Of a stretch of DNA of 64,000 bases, positions 47,743-57,700 are shown piece by piece; the first letter of the stretch is position 1; each line of letters opens with the position of its first letter. The position numbers and the translations under genes were made by a program. Location: the NCBI GenBank assembly GCA_944359365.1, contig CALVST010000003.1, positions 6,395-70,394 on the forward strand, in the 5' to 3' direction. The notes under the pieces are model-generated. The model saw only the letters and a program-made list of their open reading frames with translations, made no database searches and was not told where the DNA came from. Source of the stretch: an uncultured Clostridia bacterium. GTDB lineage: Bacteria; Bacillota; Clostridia; Christensenellales; Borkfalkiaceae.

Positions 47743-48597
47743 TCATTTTTCCGCTTTTACAGGCGTAAAGCCCGAAGTTTTCAAAAAGTTCAAACTGAGA
47801 TCTATCCACGGGCGCGAATAGGTGCAGGCGGCGCTCAGCGGCAACGCCGCTTCCGTTTCCTCGTTGCAGGTCGAAAGACCATGCCCGCCGTCGCGGAAGA
47901 TGTGCAGTTCCGCGGGGACGCCCGCTTCCCTGTAAGCGAGGTACAGGCGCACGGAATTGGGCGAAGGCACCGCGGGATCGGGCGTATTGCCCCAGATGAA
48001 TGCAGGGCTGCACGCGGGGCGCACTTTTTTGTCTATCGAATAATCGTCTTTGTTCACCGTTTCTTTGCAGAAATTCCGAAAGGTCCCGCCGTGGTAAATG
48101 GCAGGATCGGAAGAGATGACGGCATACGAGTAGACGGACGCATCGGGGCGGACTTTATCGCATTCGGCGCCGAAAAGCTCTTTCACCGCGGGATCGTCCC
48201 AAAGGGTGCTGATGCAACCCAAAAGGTGCCCGCCCGCGGAAAATCCGACCGCCGCAATTTTATCGGGCAAAATATCGAACGCAGCCGCATTCCTGCGTAT
48301 ATAGATCATCGCCATTGCCGCCTCTTTGATCTGTGCGGGATAGCCCAAAGGAGCAACGTCATAGTCGAGCACAAAGGTGTCGAAACCCTTTGTAAAATAT
48401 TCTACGGCTACGGGTTCCGCTTCTCTCTGCGAAACCATGGCATAACCGCCGCCCGGCAGTACCAGCATGGCGGGACGCACCGTTTTTGTGGGCATTTCCG
48501 GCATCTGCCCGTGGCGGATCACCGTAAGATATCCCTTTGATTCCTCTTTCCTCTGCACATGAAAATAATCGAACAGGTCGATTTTTTCTACGATCAT
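47743..48597 (-). CDS. Alpha/beta hydrolase, acetyl esterase-like
   Basis: LPGGGY, GFSAGGHL, DPAV and GGHGL. Confidence 0.88.
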   Translation of the reverse strand: MIVEKIDLFDYFHVQRKEESKGYLTVIRHGQMPEMPTKTVRPAMLVLPGGGYAMVSQREAEPVAVEYFTKGFDTFVLDYDVAPLGYPAQIKEAAMAMIYIRRNAAAFDILPDKIAAVGFSAGGHLLGCISTLWDDPAVKELFGAECDKVRPDASVYSYAVISSDPAIYHGGTFRNFCKETVNKDDYSIDKKVRPACSPAFIWGNTPDPAVPSPNSVRLYLAYREAGVPAELHIFRDGGHGLSTCNEETEAALPLSAACTYSRPWIDLSLNFLKTSGFTPVKAEK

Positions 48598-48748
48598 CTT
48601 TTTCTCTCCTTTTGCGAATGCTTGTCCTGAACAGCGGGGACGACCGCCCCCGAAAGAACATATAAATTTTAGAACAATCGCGCAAAAAAGTCAACTGAAC
48701 GGCGCGCGAATTGCAAAAGAGGGCAAATTTTTGCGCATGAAAAGCGCG

Positions 48749-49078
48749 TTATTCGTACTCTTCGTAACTTCTTCTGCCGCCGCCCTGCTCCTGCGAAGGC
48801 TCGGCGCAGTACTGCGGGCGGCGCTTTCCGTGCGGATCGGGGCGGGGCGAGGAGCGAAGGTCTACGAGCACCACGTCCGTGCCGATCTTTATGATATTTT
48901 TCAGCGGGATAAACAGATCGTTGTTCTTGAAAATGCGGAACCTTTTTCCGGGGACGACGATGCCGAAAACGTGCGCCTCGGGGAAAGAAAAAATAATATC
49001 GCACGTTCTGCCCAAATTTTTTCCGTCCGTAACGTTTACCACGAACTTACTGCGAAGTTCGGTAAAAGATGTTTCCAT
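48749..49078 (-). CDS. ylmC: YlmC/YmxH family PRC-barrel sporulation protein
   Basis: ELRSKFVVNVTDGKNLG...IIKIGTDVVLV; directly downstream of sigG, the conserved position. Confidence 0.88.
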   Translation of the reverse strand: METSFTELRSKFVVNVTDGKNLGRTCDIIFSFPEAHVFGIVVPGKRFRIFKNNDLFIPLKNIIKIGTDVVLVDLRSSPRPDPHGKRRPQYCAEPSQEQGGGRRSYEEYE

Positions 49079-49352
49079 AGGCGCCTCTTTCCATTCGATG
49101 TTGCCGAGCGGCACACTACTATTATATGCGGCAACCGCGCAAAAGGTGACAAGGCGGACGGTTCATGCATATCAAGGTATAATTCTTTATTCCTTGCTTT
49201 ACGTGTTTGCCTTCGTGCCTGATGCAACCGACTGTTTTCCTTGTACCCATATTCTTCATTGCGGCTAAAAACCGTCGCCCCAGGTGCCCCAATACAGAAC
49301 ACGGGCGGGCGCAAATGCGCCCGCCCGTTCTTTCATGCCTTTGTTTTTCGGT

Positions 49353-50132
49353 TCAGTACTCGCACGCGATGTCGCGGCGGATGGTGCTGATGGCGCTCTT
49401 TTCAAGGCGTGATACCTGCGCCTGCGATATCCCTACTTCGTCGGAGATCTCCGTCTGCGTTTTTCCCTCAAAGTAGCGCAAAAACAAAATTTTCCGCTCG
49501 CGCTCGCCCAAGCGCGCCATCGCTTCCGACAGCGCGGCGTGCTCCGTCCATACCTCGTCGTTGTTCTTTTCGTCGTATATCTGATCCATCAGCATAAGGG
49601 TGTCGCCCGATTTATTATATACGGGATCGAACAGCGATACGGGATCGGATATCGCGTCGAGCGCGTAGACCACTTCCTTTTCGCGAACGTGCATCTCTTC
49701 GGCGATCTTTTCGATGGTCGCCTCCTCGTCGCGGCTTTCGATGCTCTCGCGTGTTTTGAGCACCTTATAAGCCGTATCGCGGATGCTGCGCGATACGCGC
49801 AGGGAATTGCCGTCTCTGAGATACCTTTTGATCTCGCCCAAGATCATCGGCACGCCGTAGGTAGAAAAGCGCACGCCGAGGTTTACGTCAAAGCCGTCTA
49901 TCGCCTTCAAAAGCCCGATGCACCCCGCCTGAAACACGTCGTCCGCATTCGCGTTCTTCGCCCAAAAACGTTTTACGAGCGACAAAACCAAGCGCATATT
50001 GCCGACGATGAACTTTTTGCGCGCTTCTTCGTCGCCCTCTTTCAGGCGCCGCATCAGTTCGTCGCTCTCTTTTGCGGAAAGAAGAGGCAGGCCCGACGTA
50101 TCCACGCCGCATATCTCCACCTTGCTCAACAT
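49353..50132 (-). CDS. sigG: Sporulation sigma factor G
   Basis: KVEICGVDTSGLPLL N-terminus, NMRLVLS, VSRSIRDTAYK and GISQAQVSRLEK. Confidence 0.93.
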   Translation of the reverse strand: MLSKVEICGVDTSGLPLLSAKESDELMRRLKEGDEEARKKFIVGNMRLVLSLVKRFWAKNANADDVFQAGCIGLLKAIDGFDVNLGVRFSTYGVPMILGEIKRYLRDGNSLRVSRSIRDTAYKVLKTRESIESRDEEATIEKIAEEMHVREKEVVYALDAISDPVSLFDPVYNKSGDTLMLMDQIYDEKNNDEVWTEHAALSEAMARLGERERKILFLRYFEGKTQTEISDEVGISQAQVSRLEKSAISTIRRDIACEY

Positions 50133-50169
50133 ACCTTTCACCTCCCGTGCGGCAAAAGCTGCACGGGAT

Positions 50170-50198
50170 GAGTATGTACAACGCGCGTGGAATTATAC
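50170..50198 (-). promoter_or_regulatory. SigF/SigG-type promoter of sigG
   Basis: Minus strand GTATA-17 nt-CATACTC. Confidence 0.65.
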
Positions 50199-50297
50199 GA
50201 AAAAATTAAAAAAACGGTGCGCCCCGTTTGATTTGAGGCGCACCCGCAGTGCCCTGCGGCGCGTCTGCCGCGCCGCGTGTTTTGGTTCCGTTGTACT

Positions 50298-51752
50298 TTA
50301 CAGCATTTTGACCGCCTTTCCGCCCGTTAGAACGATCATTTTGACTGCGTCGAGCGAAAAGTCCTGCGCTTCGACCGTGAGCGGCTTGTCGAGCACGCCG
50401 CGGGCGAGCACTTTGAGCGAGCCGACCTTTTTCGGCACGAGCCCCTTTTCAATAAGCGCATCGAGCGTGACGGTATCTTCCGCTTCAAAGTTTTTGGAAA
50501 GCGTATCGATATTGATGATACCCTTCTTCGCACCCTTGACAGGCGCGGGGCGCGCGGGGCGATCTTCTTCGTTCAGCAGCCCGTGCGTTTCGTGCTCGAT
50601 AAGTTCCGCCGCGACTTCGTCGGAGATAGCCGTTTGCGCTTCGTGCAAAGTGATCTGGCTGCGGATCATTTCGGAAATATCCGCGCGCACGATTTCGGTG
50701 TTTTCGTCCGCATTGCCGCTGACGAACTCTTTGACGAGCTTTTCTTTGACCAATTCTTCCGTCGTGCGGTAAGGCAGGCTGAACTCCGTTCTGACCGTTT
50801 CGCCCTTTACAAGCCCGTATTTTGCCGCGACTTCTGCAAAGAGATATTTTGCATAGCGCACTTTTCTCGGAGAAGTCAGCTTCAACAGCATCGGCGTTTT
50901 GCGGAACCGCTTGATTTCGGAAAGGTCTTTGCCGCGGTACTTAGTCTCTTCGTACTCCTTCGGATCGAGCGCGAACGCCATGCACAGCTTGCGCCCTTTG
51001 AAAAGGAACGCCGCCAACGTGTTCCTGCCCGCGTAAATGCGCACCTGTTTCCAGCTGACCGACATTTTCGCGCGGTCGTATGAATTGACTTCGTCGGCAA
51101 GTTCGCCGTAACGCTGTTGGATCTCCTGCGGCGCCTGGATCATCTTAGCGCGGAAGCTGAATATGTAGCGCACATAGATGCGCTTTTTCTGCTCTTCGGG
51201 AAGGATGGGCAAAGGTATGATGATACCCCTTTCGTCCGTCTGCTCTGCGGCAGGTTCTTCGATAAAGATATCTTCGACGTCATCGTCCTCAGACTCAAAA
51301 TCGTCGTCGGATTCGTCATCGTCCTCCTCTTCCTCGTCGTCTTCTTCCTCTTCTTCTTCGAAAACTGCGGCGACCGCTATCTCGTTCTCTTCCTGCACGG
51401 GTTCTTCCTGTACGGGTTCTTCCTGTACAGGCTCTTCCTGTACGGGTTCTTCCTGCACAGGCTCTGCCTGCACGGGTTCTTCCTGTACGGGTTCTTCCTG
51501 CACGGGTTCTTCCTGCACGGATTCTTCCTGCACAGGCTCTTCCTGCACGGGTTCTTCCTGTACGGGTTCTTCCGCGTCGGCGGAAGCCTCGCCTTCGGCA
51601 AGGCTTTCATCCGACTGTTTATTTCTTGTTGCAAACAATACGACATCCGTGACGCCGAACGCCACGCAGGCGGCGGCGAGCGCAATGACGGCGATAAGCT
51701 GCCCCGTCGGGATAGATGAAGCCAGAATCATGAACAAACTCAAAGCATCCAT
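50298..51752 (-). CDS. Membrane-anchored protein: TM + (EEPVQ)12/acidic linker + conserved domain + C-terminal uL15-like domain (paralog B)
   Basis: ATG 51752 follows SD GGGGAGG located inside the last codons of the giant ORF. TM LIAVIALAAACVAFGVTDVVLFA. C-terminus INIDTLSKNFEAEDTVTLDALIEKGLV...KVLARGVLDKPLTVEAQDFS...TGGKA. Confidence 0.85.
   Translation of the reverse strand: MDALSLFMILASSIPTGQLIAVIALAAACVAFGVTDVVLFATRNKQSDESLAEGEASADAEEPVQEEPVQEEPVQEESVQEEPVQEEPVQEEPVQAEPVQEEPVQEEPVQEEPVQEEPVQEENEIAVAAVFEEEEEEDDEEEEDDDESDDDFESEDDDVEDIFIEEPAAEQTDERGIIIPLPILPEEQKKRIYVRYIFSFRAKMIQAPQEIQQRYGELADEVNSYDRAKMSVSWKQVRIYAGRNTLAAFLFKGRKLCMAFALDPKEYEETKYRGKDLSEIKRFRKTPMLLKLTSPRKVRYAKYLFAEVAAKYGLVKGETVRTEFSLPYRTTEELVKEKLVKEFVSGNADENTEIVRADISEMIRSQITLHEAQTAISDEVAAELIEHETHGLLNEEDRPARPAPVKGAKKGIINIDTLSKNFEAEDTVTLDALIEKGLVPKKVGSLKVLARGVLDKPLTVEAQDFSLDAVKMIVLTGGKAVKML
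51393..51572 (-). repeat. 15-bp coding tandem repeat, 12 units (EEPVQ)
   Basis: Plus-strand unit ctg[ct]ac[ga]g[g/a]..cttc repeated 12 times; two variant units encode EESVQ and AEPVQ. Confidence 0.95.
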
Positions 51753-51757
51753 AGCGC

Positions 51758-54700
51758 TCAATTCCTCCCCTTACGACGTTTTACGATCACGACGACGAGA
51801 AGGATAATCTCGACCGCCAACAGTACTGCCAGCACAACGATCAGCCAAACAAGGCTTGTTGCAGGCGTTGCGGTAATGAACAGGAAGTCAGAGAACTCCG
51901 TCACGGTAAATACCGCATATCCGTTATCGATGGTGTACGAAACTTCGCTCCATTCTCCGCCGTGCAGGTGCAAAAGCGTATAGCCTTCACCCAAAGCCGA
52001 AGCGATCTCGTCCGTAACTTTCAGCCGAACGGTGATTGCCGTATCCGGCTGTACGACCTCTCCGCCCGAAGTAAAGCCGATGTCGTAGCCGAGAGCGATC
52101 TCCGCGTTTTCATACGCGCTCAGATCGTATTCGCCGTACATCGATTCGGGGATCGAGGAGATCGCAAGGGTATACGAAGGATGTATGCCGCCCTCTGCCG
52201 AAACGATGACGTCGGGGTAGCGGCTCTCGCTTTCCTCCGTCCAACTTTGCAGCTCTGCGCGGCGCAGCGTCCAAACGAGCGTAACGTCGCCGTCCTTTCC
52301 GTCCGTCCACTGATAATTCGAAGTGTCCGCAAGCGAGATCGTGATCTGATATACGCCCGCGTCCTTCGCTGCAAGATACAGTTTTCCGTTTATCGTCGTG
52401 ATGCCGCTGCCGAGTTCGGACATGTTCATCGTCGCACTGTCGAAACCGACGATCTCGTTATGAAGCGTATCGCCCGACTCTATCGCGGTGTCTGCGGTGT
52501 TCGCGAGCGAAGGCAGATCCAACCCGCGCTTTTCGACCTCGAATTGGCCGTTCAGCGTGATGCCGCTGTAATTCTTGCCGCCGTCAACGGTGATGACCAC
52601 ATAATAGATGCCCGCATTCGTGCGGCTGTCGAAACTGCCCGTATACGGCTTGGTATGCGCGCTGTCGGTATAGTACGCCACGCTCGCGCCGCCGAATTGA
52701 GGAACGGGCAGCGTTTCCGCCGTAGCCGCGTCGCCGTAGGTCCAACTTTCGCGCTTATACGCGTTTTGACCGTCTTTCCACTTATTCTGAGCCGCCTCGA
52801 CCTCGAACGACAAAGCGCCGTCCCCGCCGAGCGTAAGGCCCGTATAGTTGGAATTGCCCTCTACCGTAACGCGCACATAGTATATGCCTGCGTCGGTATC
52901 GCTGCCGAAACTGCCCCTGTATTCGTTTTGCAGGGCGCTGTCGGTAAAGTACTCGACGACGACCGTGCCGAACTTCGCATCGGGGATATTTTCTTCGGAT
53001 GCAGCCTGGCCGTACGTCCAACCGCTGCGCGTATACTCGCCTATCCAACCGTTCTGCGCCTGCTTGATCGTCCACGTGATGGTGACCGAATCATCTTCGG
53101 GCGCATCCTTCCAAATGTAGTCGCCTTCCCTTCCGCCGCCGGTATAACTCAGAGCGAAAGTGATGAAATACTCGCCCACATTGGACGCTCGCAGCGCGAA
53201 CCCGTCCGTCGTGACCAGCGCGCCGCTGTTGGCGGAGATCGTCATCATGCTGCGATCATACCCTGTAAACGCGTTTGTCTGCGCGCCGCCGTTGTAGACG
53301 GTTTCCGCATCCGCAAATTCGGGTGTTTCCAGCTCAAGCGCGGAAATCGTAAATTCGTATGCCGCGGATTCCGAACCTTCGTAATTGGTCGTTGCGGAAA
53401 CGACCGCTTTCACCCAGTAAGTGCCCGCATGTACGGGAACGTTCGTGCCGTAAGCTCCGTTCTCGTCCGTTGCGTAATAGAGTACGGGCGTGCCGAACAC
53501 TGCTTTCGCTTCGAGCGTTTCCGCCTCATCGCCGTACGTCCACCCGTCGGGCTTTTCGAGCGTGACGGGGTTGTTCTCCGCCTTCACGATCGTGATGGCG
53601 AAATTCAGCGTCATCGTCGCGCCGTTCACTTCCGAACCGTTATAGTACCATACGAAGTTGTTTTCCTTATTCTCGGCAAATGTGAAGACGAGTTCATAGT
53701 TGCCGACATCCGTGCCGCCCTTGTTGACGACGGTGTAAACGCCCTCCTCTTCGACGGGGCAACTCACGTTGACGTCCGCTTTCTGCAAACCGCCGTTATA
53801 TACTTTGCCCGAAACGGGCTGCACGGTGACGCGCGCTTTTCCGATAACGAACGGCGCGCTGTTGTTGCCCGTAACGAGGTAATTGCCATTCGCTACCGTC
53901 GCCGTTACGACGTAAGAACCCGCTTGCGTAGGCACTTGCGTTTCGTATTCGGTATACTCGCCGCCGTTGGGCGTGCCCGCGTAAGTGAGCGTGACCTCGG
54001 CGTTATCATCGTCCGCCTTCGCCGTAGCCTGCGTCACGTTGCCATACGTCCCGCCGCCCGCCGTGATGCTGACGCCGATATTCTTCGGGGTGATGGTGAA
54101 CACCGCACTGCCCGTAAAGGTTACCGAATAGTTATTATCGTTTGCACAAGCGGCGGTTATCGCATAAGTGCCCGCATTGACCGCGCTTTCGGGTATAGAG
54201 AAGGTCAGTGCAAAGTCATCGTACGTTTTGCCCGAAGAAATATTGTAAGCTATGCCCTCTTCCTGCGAAACTTCCGGCGTGTCGCCCGTATATTCCGCGC
54301 TCTGCGCAAGCACTTGCACCTGCACTTTCGCCGCGGAGATGACGCAAACGATCTGTTCGCCCGAAACAATTTCATAGTTTGCGGAGATCGCATCGTCCGC
54401 CTTGAAAGCCGCGGTGAAAGTATACGAACCTGCATCCTTGAATCCGTTCTCGAACGAATAAGTTACGTTGAGCGCAATCGCAATACCGCTCCCCTCACCG
54501 AGCAACGCATTGTACGCCGCCGTGGGCAATGCGCGTTCCTCTCCGTTGTAAACGGACCCTTCCGCGCCGCTCCAGATGACCGTAACGGGCGCCTGTGCGA
54601 CGGTAAATTCTGCTTCGATGGATTCGGGCGAAGTGTAGTTCGCGCTTTTTTTGACGGATATGACGACGGTATATGTGCCCGCGGGCGTACCGCTCGTGAA

Positions 54701-57700
54701 CATCTCTACCGGTTCGTCGTCCTCGTTATAATAGGTTACGACGAGGTCGCCGAACTTTGCAGAGGGCAGTTTTTCCACAGTGGGCGCGCCGCCGTACGTC
54801 CAGCCAGAGCGCGAATATTCTTTGTCCAGCCAGGAATTTGCCGCCTTCGTGATCTTCCACTTATATGTGAGCGGGGCTTGATTGCCGCCTGCCCACTCGT
54901 AGTTTGTCGTATCGATGAGGCTCACGGTAAACGCATAATCGTCCGCATTCGTGCCCGTAACGCCGCTCACCGTGTAATAAGCGCTGTCATCGGAATTTTC
55001 ATAAGGGAAGGCTTTTACTTCACCGTCATATTCGGGATAGTAATAGAACCCGTCCTCCGAAATCTCCGTATTGACGGTAGGCGCCTGCACTTGATAGCGT
55101 TTGACCTTCCATTTGACCTCTACGCCAACCTGCCCCGCATAGGATTCGTCTGCCCAACGATAGTTGTCGGTATCGGTCAGCTCGATCCAAATGAAGTGCT
55201 CATTGCTCACGACGGAAGCCTGCAAAGACCACACGCCGTCGATGTAAACGAGGCTGACGTGTTCGCAGGAGTTGCCTTGCTCCATGATCTCGGCGTTATA
55301 ATTGACGAGCTCTCTCGTAATCGTAGCGCCGTGGGCATACACGCCGTCTTGCACGGTCGGCAGGGCAACGCTCGCCTTGGCTATCGTGTAGTAAACATAT
55401 GCCGATTCTTTCCTCTCGTAATTGGGATCGTTTACGATCGCCTTTACGCGGTATGTGCCCGCGCCGAGGAACGAGGAGGAAGCGCTGTTCCAACTGCCGC
55501 TCATATAGCGCTCGAACCTGTACTCGATGGAGCCGTCATACTGCCCGTCGCCGCCCTTGAACGTGACTTTTACGTTAATATCTTCCGCGGCAAAGCGAAT
55601 GCTGTTATACACCCAATTTTCCGCGTTGAACCATAAGGTTTCATTTCCTTCCGTACCCTTTTGGATGAGGTCGATCGTTTCTCCGCCGATGGTGATGCCC
55701 GTAATTTCGATGTTCACGCCGCTGTATATGGTGATACGCCATTCGATCTTCCAAAAAGACGTGTTTTCATCGCCATCGGTATCCCCTTCCCAAACATAGT
55801 TGAAACTGTCTTTCAGCTCCAACATTACGGAATAGCTGCCCGCCGCCGAAGCGGTCATGGTGAATATGCTGTCGCCCTGCATGGACGTCGAAATGATCTG
55901 ACCGCCGTTGGTGGCTTCCCACGAGTTCGCGACTACCTGAATCACATTCGCGTTGAACTCTACGGACGCGGTGTAAGCCTTGCCCGTTGCCAGTGCGTTG
56001 CCGTCCTCGTCGATATCTTCGCCGGCAAAGGCGGGCGTCTGTACGCGCTGTTTCAAAATGCGGTAATCGATGTCAATATATTCCGAAGCGCCGCCTTCCG
56101 CATCTCTGTTATAAAGAATATAATTATCGCTTACGAGCGTTACGCGCACTTTGTAAGTGCCTGCAAGCTTGGGGTGCGCTTCTACTTTCTCTTCGACGGT
56201 GTGATGCCAACCTACTTCGCTCTCTTCTTGATAGTTGTAGGAAGAGCCGTAGTAGTAATAGAGGAATTCAACCGTGTCGTCGCCGAGCGTTTTGATGTCC
56301 GCCTCTACCCCGACGATCTTCCAAAAACCTTCGGGAAGCGCAAACTCGCCTCCGTCGTACATACCGTACACCGCGCCGCCCGTTTCGGGATAAGCGTTGG
56401 TGGAAATGCTGACTATGCGCTTTGCCACTTCGATCGTGCCGTGCGAATCGTCGCCCTCATTGGCAAACACATAGTTCGGCAGCTCTTTTTCGAACGCCAA
56501 TTTGACCGGCAGCAGTGTTCCCGCGGGCGTGGGGTTATTCTCATCCGCCACGCTGTACCCGTGCGTTGCCGTCAGATTCCCGACGACGTCGTCCCTGTAA
56601 TTAGACTTGTCGTCGCCGCGCAGGCCCTCGATTACGAGATACTCTTGCAGCTCGGAATCGGGTAAGTTGTCGCCGTAGCGCACGATGACGTTGTCGATAA
56701 CGTCTTGCGTATATTTATCCCCGTCGAGCCGGATCGTCAGCGGCGCTTTATCCACTTTCCATTCGATGTACCCGGGATCCGTCAGCGTGTAACTGTCCCC
56801 TCCCGTCAAAGTAATGGTGATATAGTAGGTGCCCGCATTGACGACCGCCGAAACGGGTTCATATGCGCCGTCATTCTGCGTGAAATACGAGAGCGAGAAA
56901 TTGAAATGTCCTCCCTGCGCTTCGTCGCCGATCACTTCGTCGCCTATTTTGCCCTCGATATAGTCGGTGGTGAGCTTTACATCGTCCCGCAGATTTTCAC
57001 CGAGATACACATTCGGCAATTCGGCTTTGAAGTTTTTTTCGTTTATAGATATTTCGCGCTTCGCGACCGTAATCGTCACGCTGCCATCTTTAAAGGTGAA
57101 TTTGTAATTGTCAAGCTTCAAGCCGTCAGTCAAAATGGTAACGCTGACATAATTGCCCGCACGCGTACCATTCAATCCGCCCCTATAATCGTAGCTGAAC
57201 AGCCGCGACAAGTCGCCCGGCTTGGATATGGCAGCCTCGTCGCCTTCGTTTACGAACAGATCGCCGCTCATGCCGCCCGCACGCTCGTAAGACAGTGTGA
57301 ACCGCTCGTTGTCGATCTCGTCGCCGTAGACGACGGTGTTCGCGTCTTCATCGGGGACCTGATACGTTGCCGAAACGAGAAGTTCGCGAGCCTTGATCTC
57401 ATACACCGCCGTGGGGATCTGGCTAGACTGCTCATTCCTGTGGAAGGTTACGATGTAATTCTGCCCGCGCGCGCCATCCGTTCCCGTAACGATGCCGCCC
57501 CATATTTGGTAACTGCTTACGGGAGAATAAGACGTTGCGTCCGTCGTGAGCGTAAACACATCTCCCTCATCGTCGTAGATTTCGCCGACCACTTTGTTAG
57601 CCAGATCGACGATCTCGTCGCCGTATTCGCTCGACTGATCTTTTATAATAACATCTATTTTTGCCCTGAGAATAGTAAACGTTTCCGTAACGTCGTCGGG

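Noticed and set aside
49123-49260. 45-codon minus-strand ORF (MKNMGTRK...) between sigG and ylmC
   Set aside because: No SD, no recognisable motif, and it overlaps the probable ylmC promoter region. It cannot be supported.
51393-51572. Tandem repeat considered as a CRISPR array
   Set aside because: Contiguous 15-bp in-frame units with no unique spacers, and no cas genes in the window.
51745-51775. Possible frameshift splitting one giant-protein/uL15 fusion gene
   Set aside because: The giant ORF ends cleanly with TM, basic tail and stop, and the next gene has a strong SD and ATG. This fits coupled separate genes, although fusions may exist in other genomes.
51962-55636. 1224-aa plus-strand ORF, and other long antisense ORFs (42997-45426, 30893-32929, 22401-24254, 32778-34430, 59981-61549)
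   Set aside because: They mirror well-supported genes on the opposite strand and show R/V/A-rich composition with no motifs. This is the shadow expected from GC-biased codon usage.
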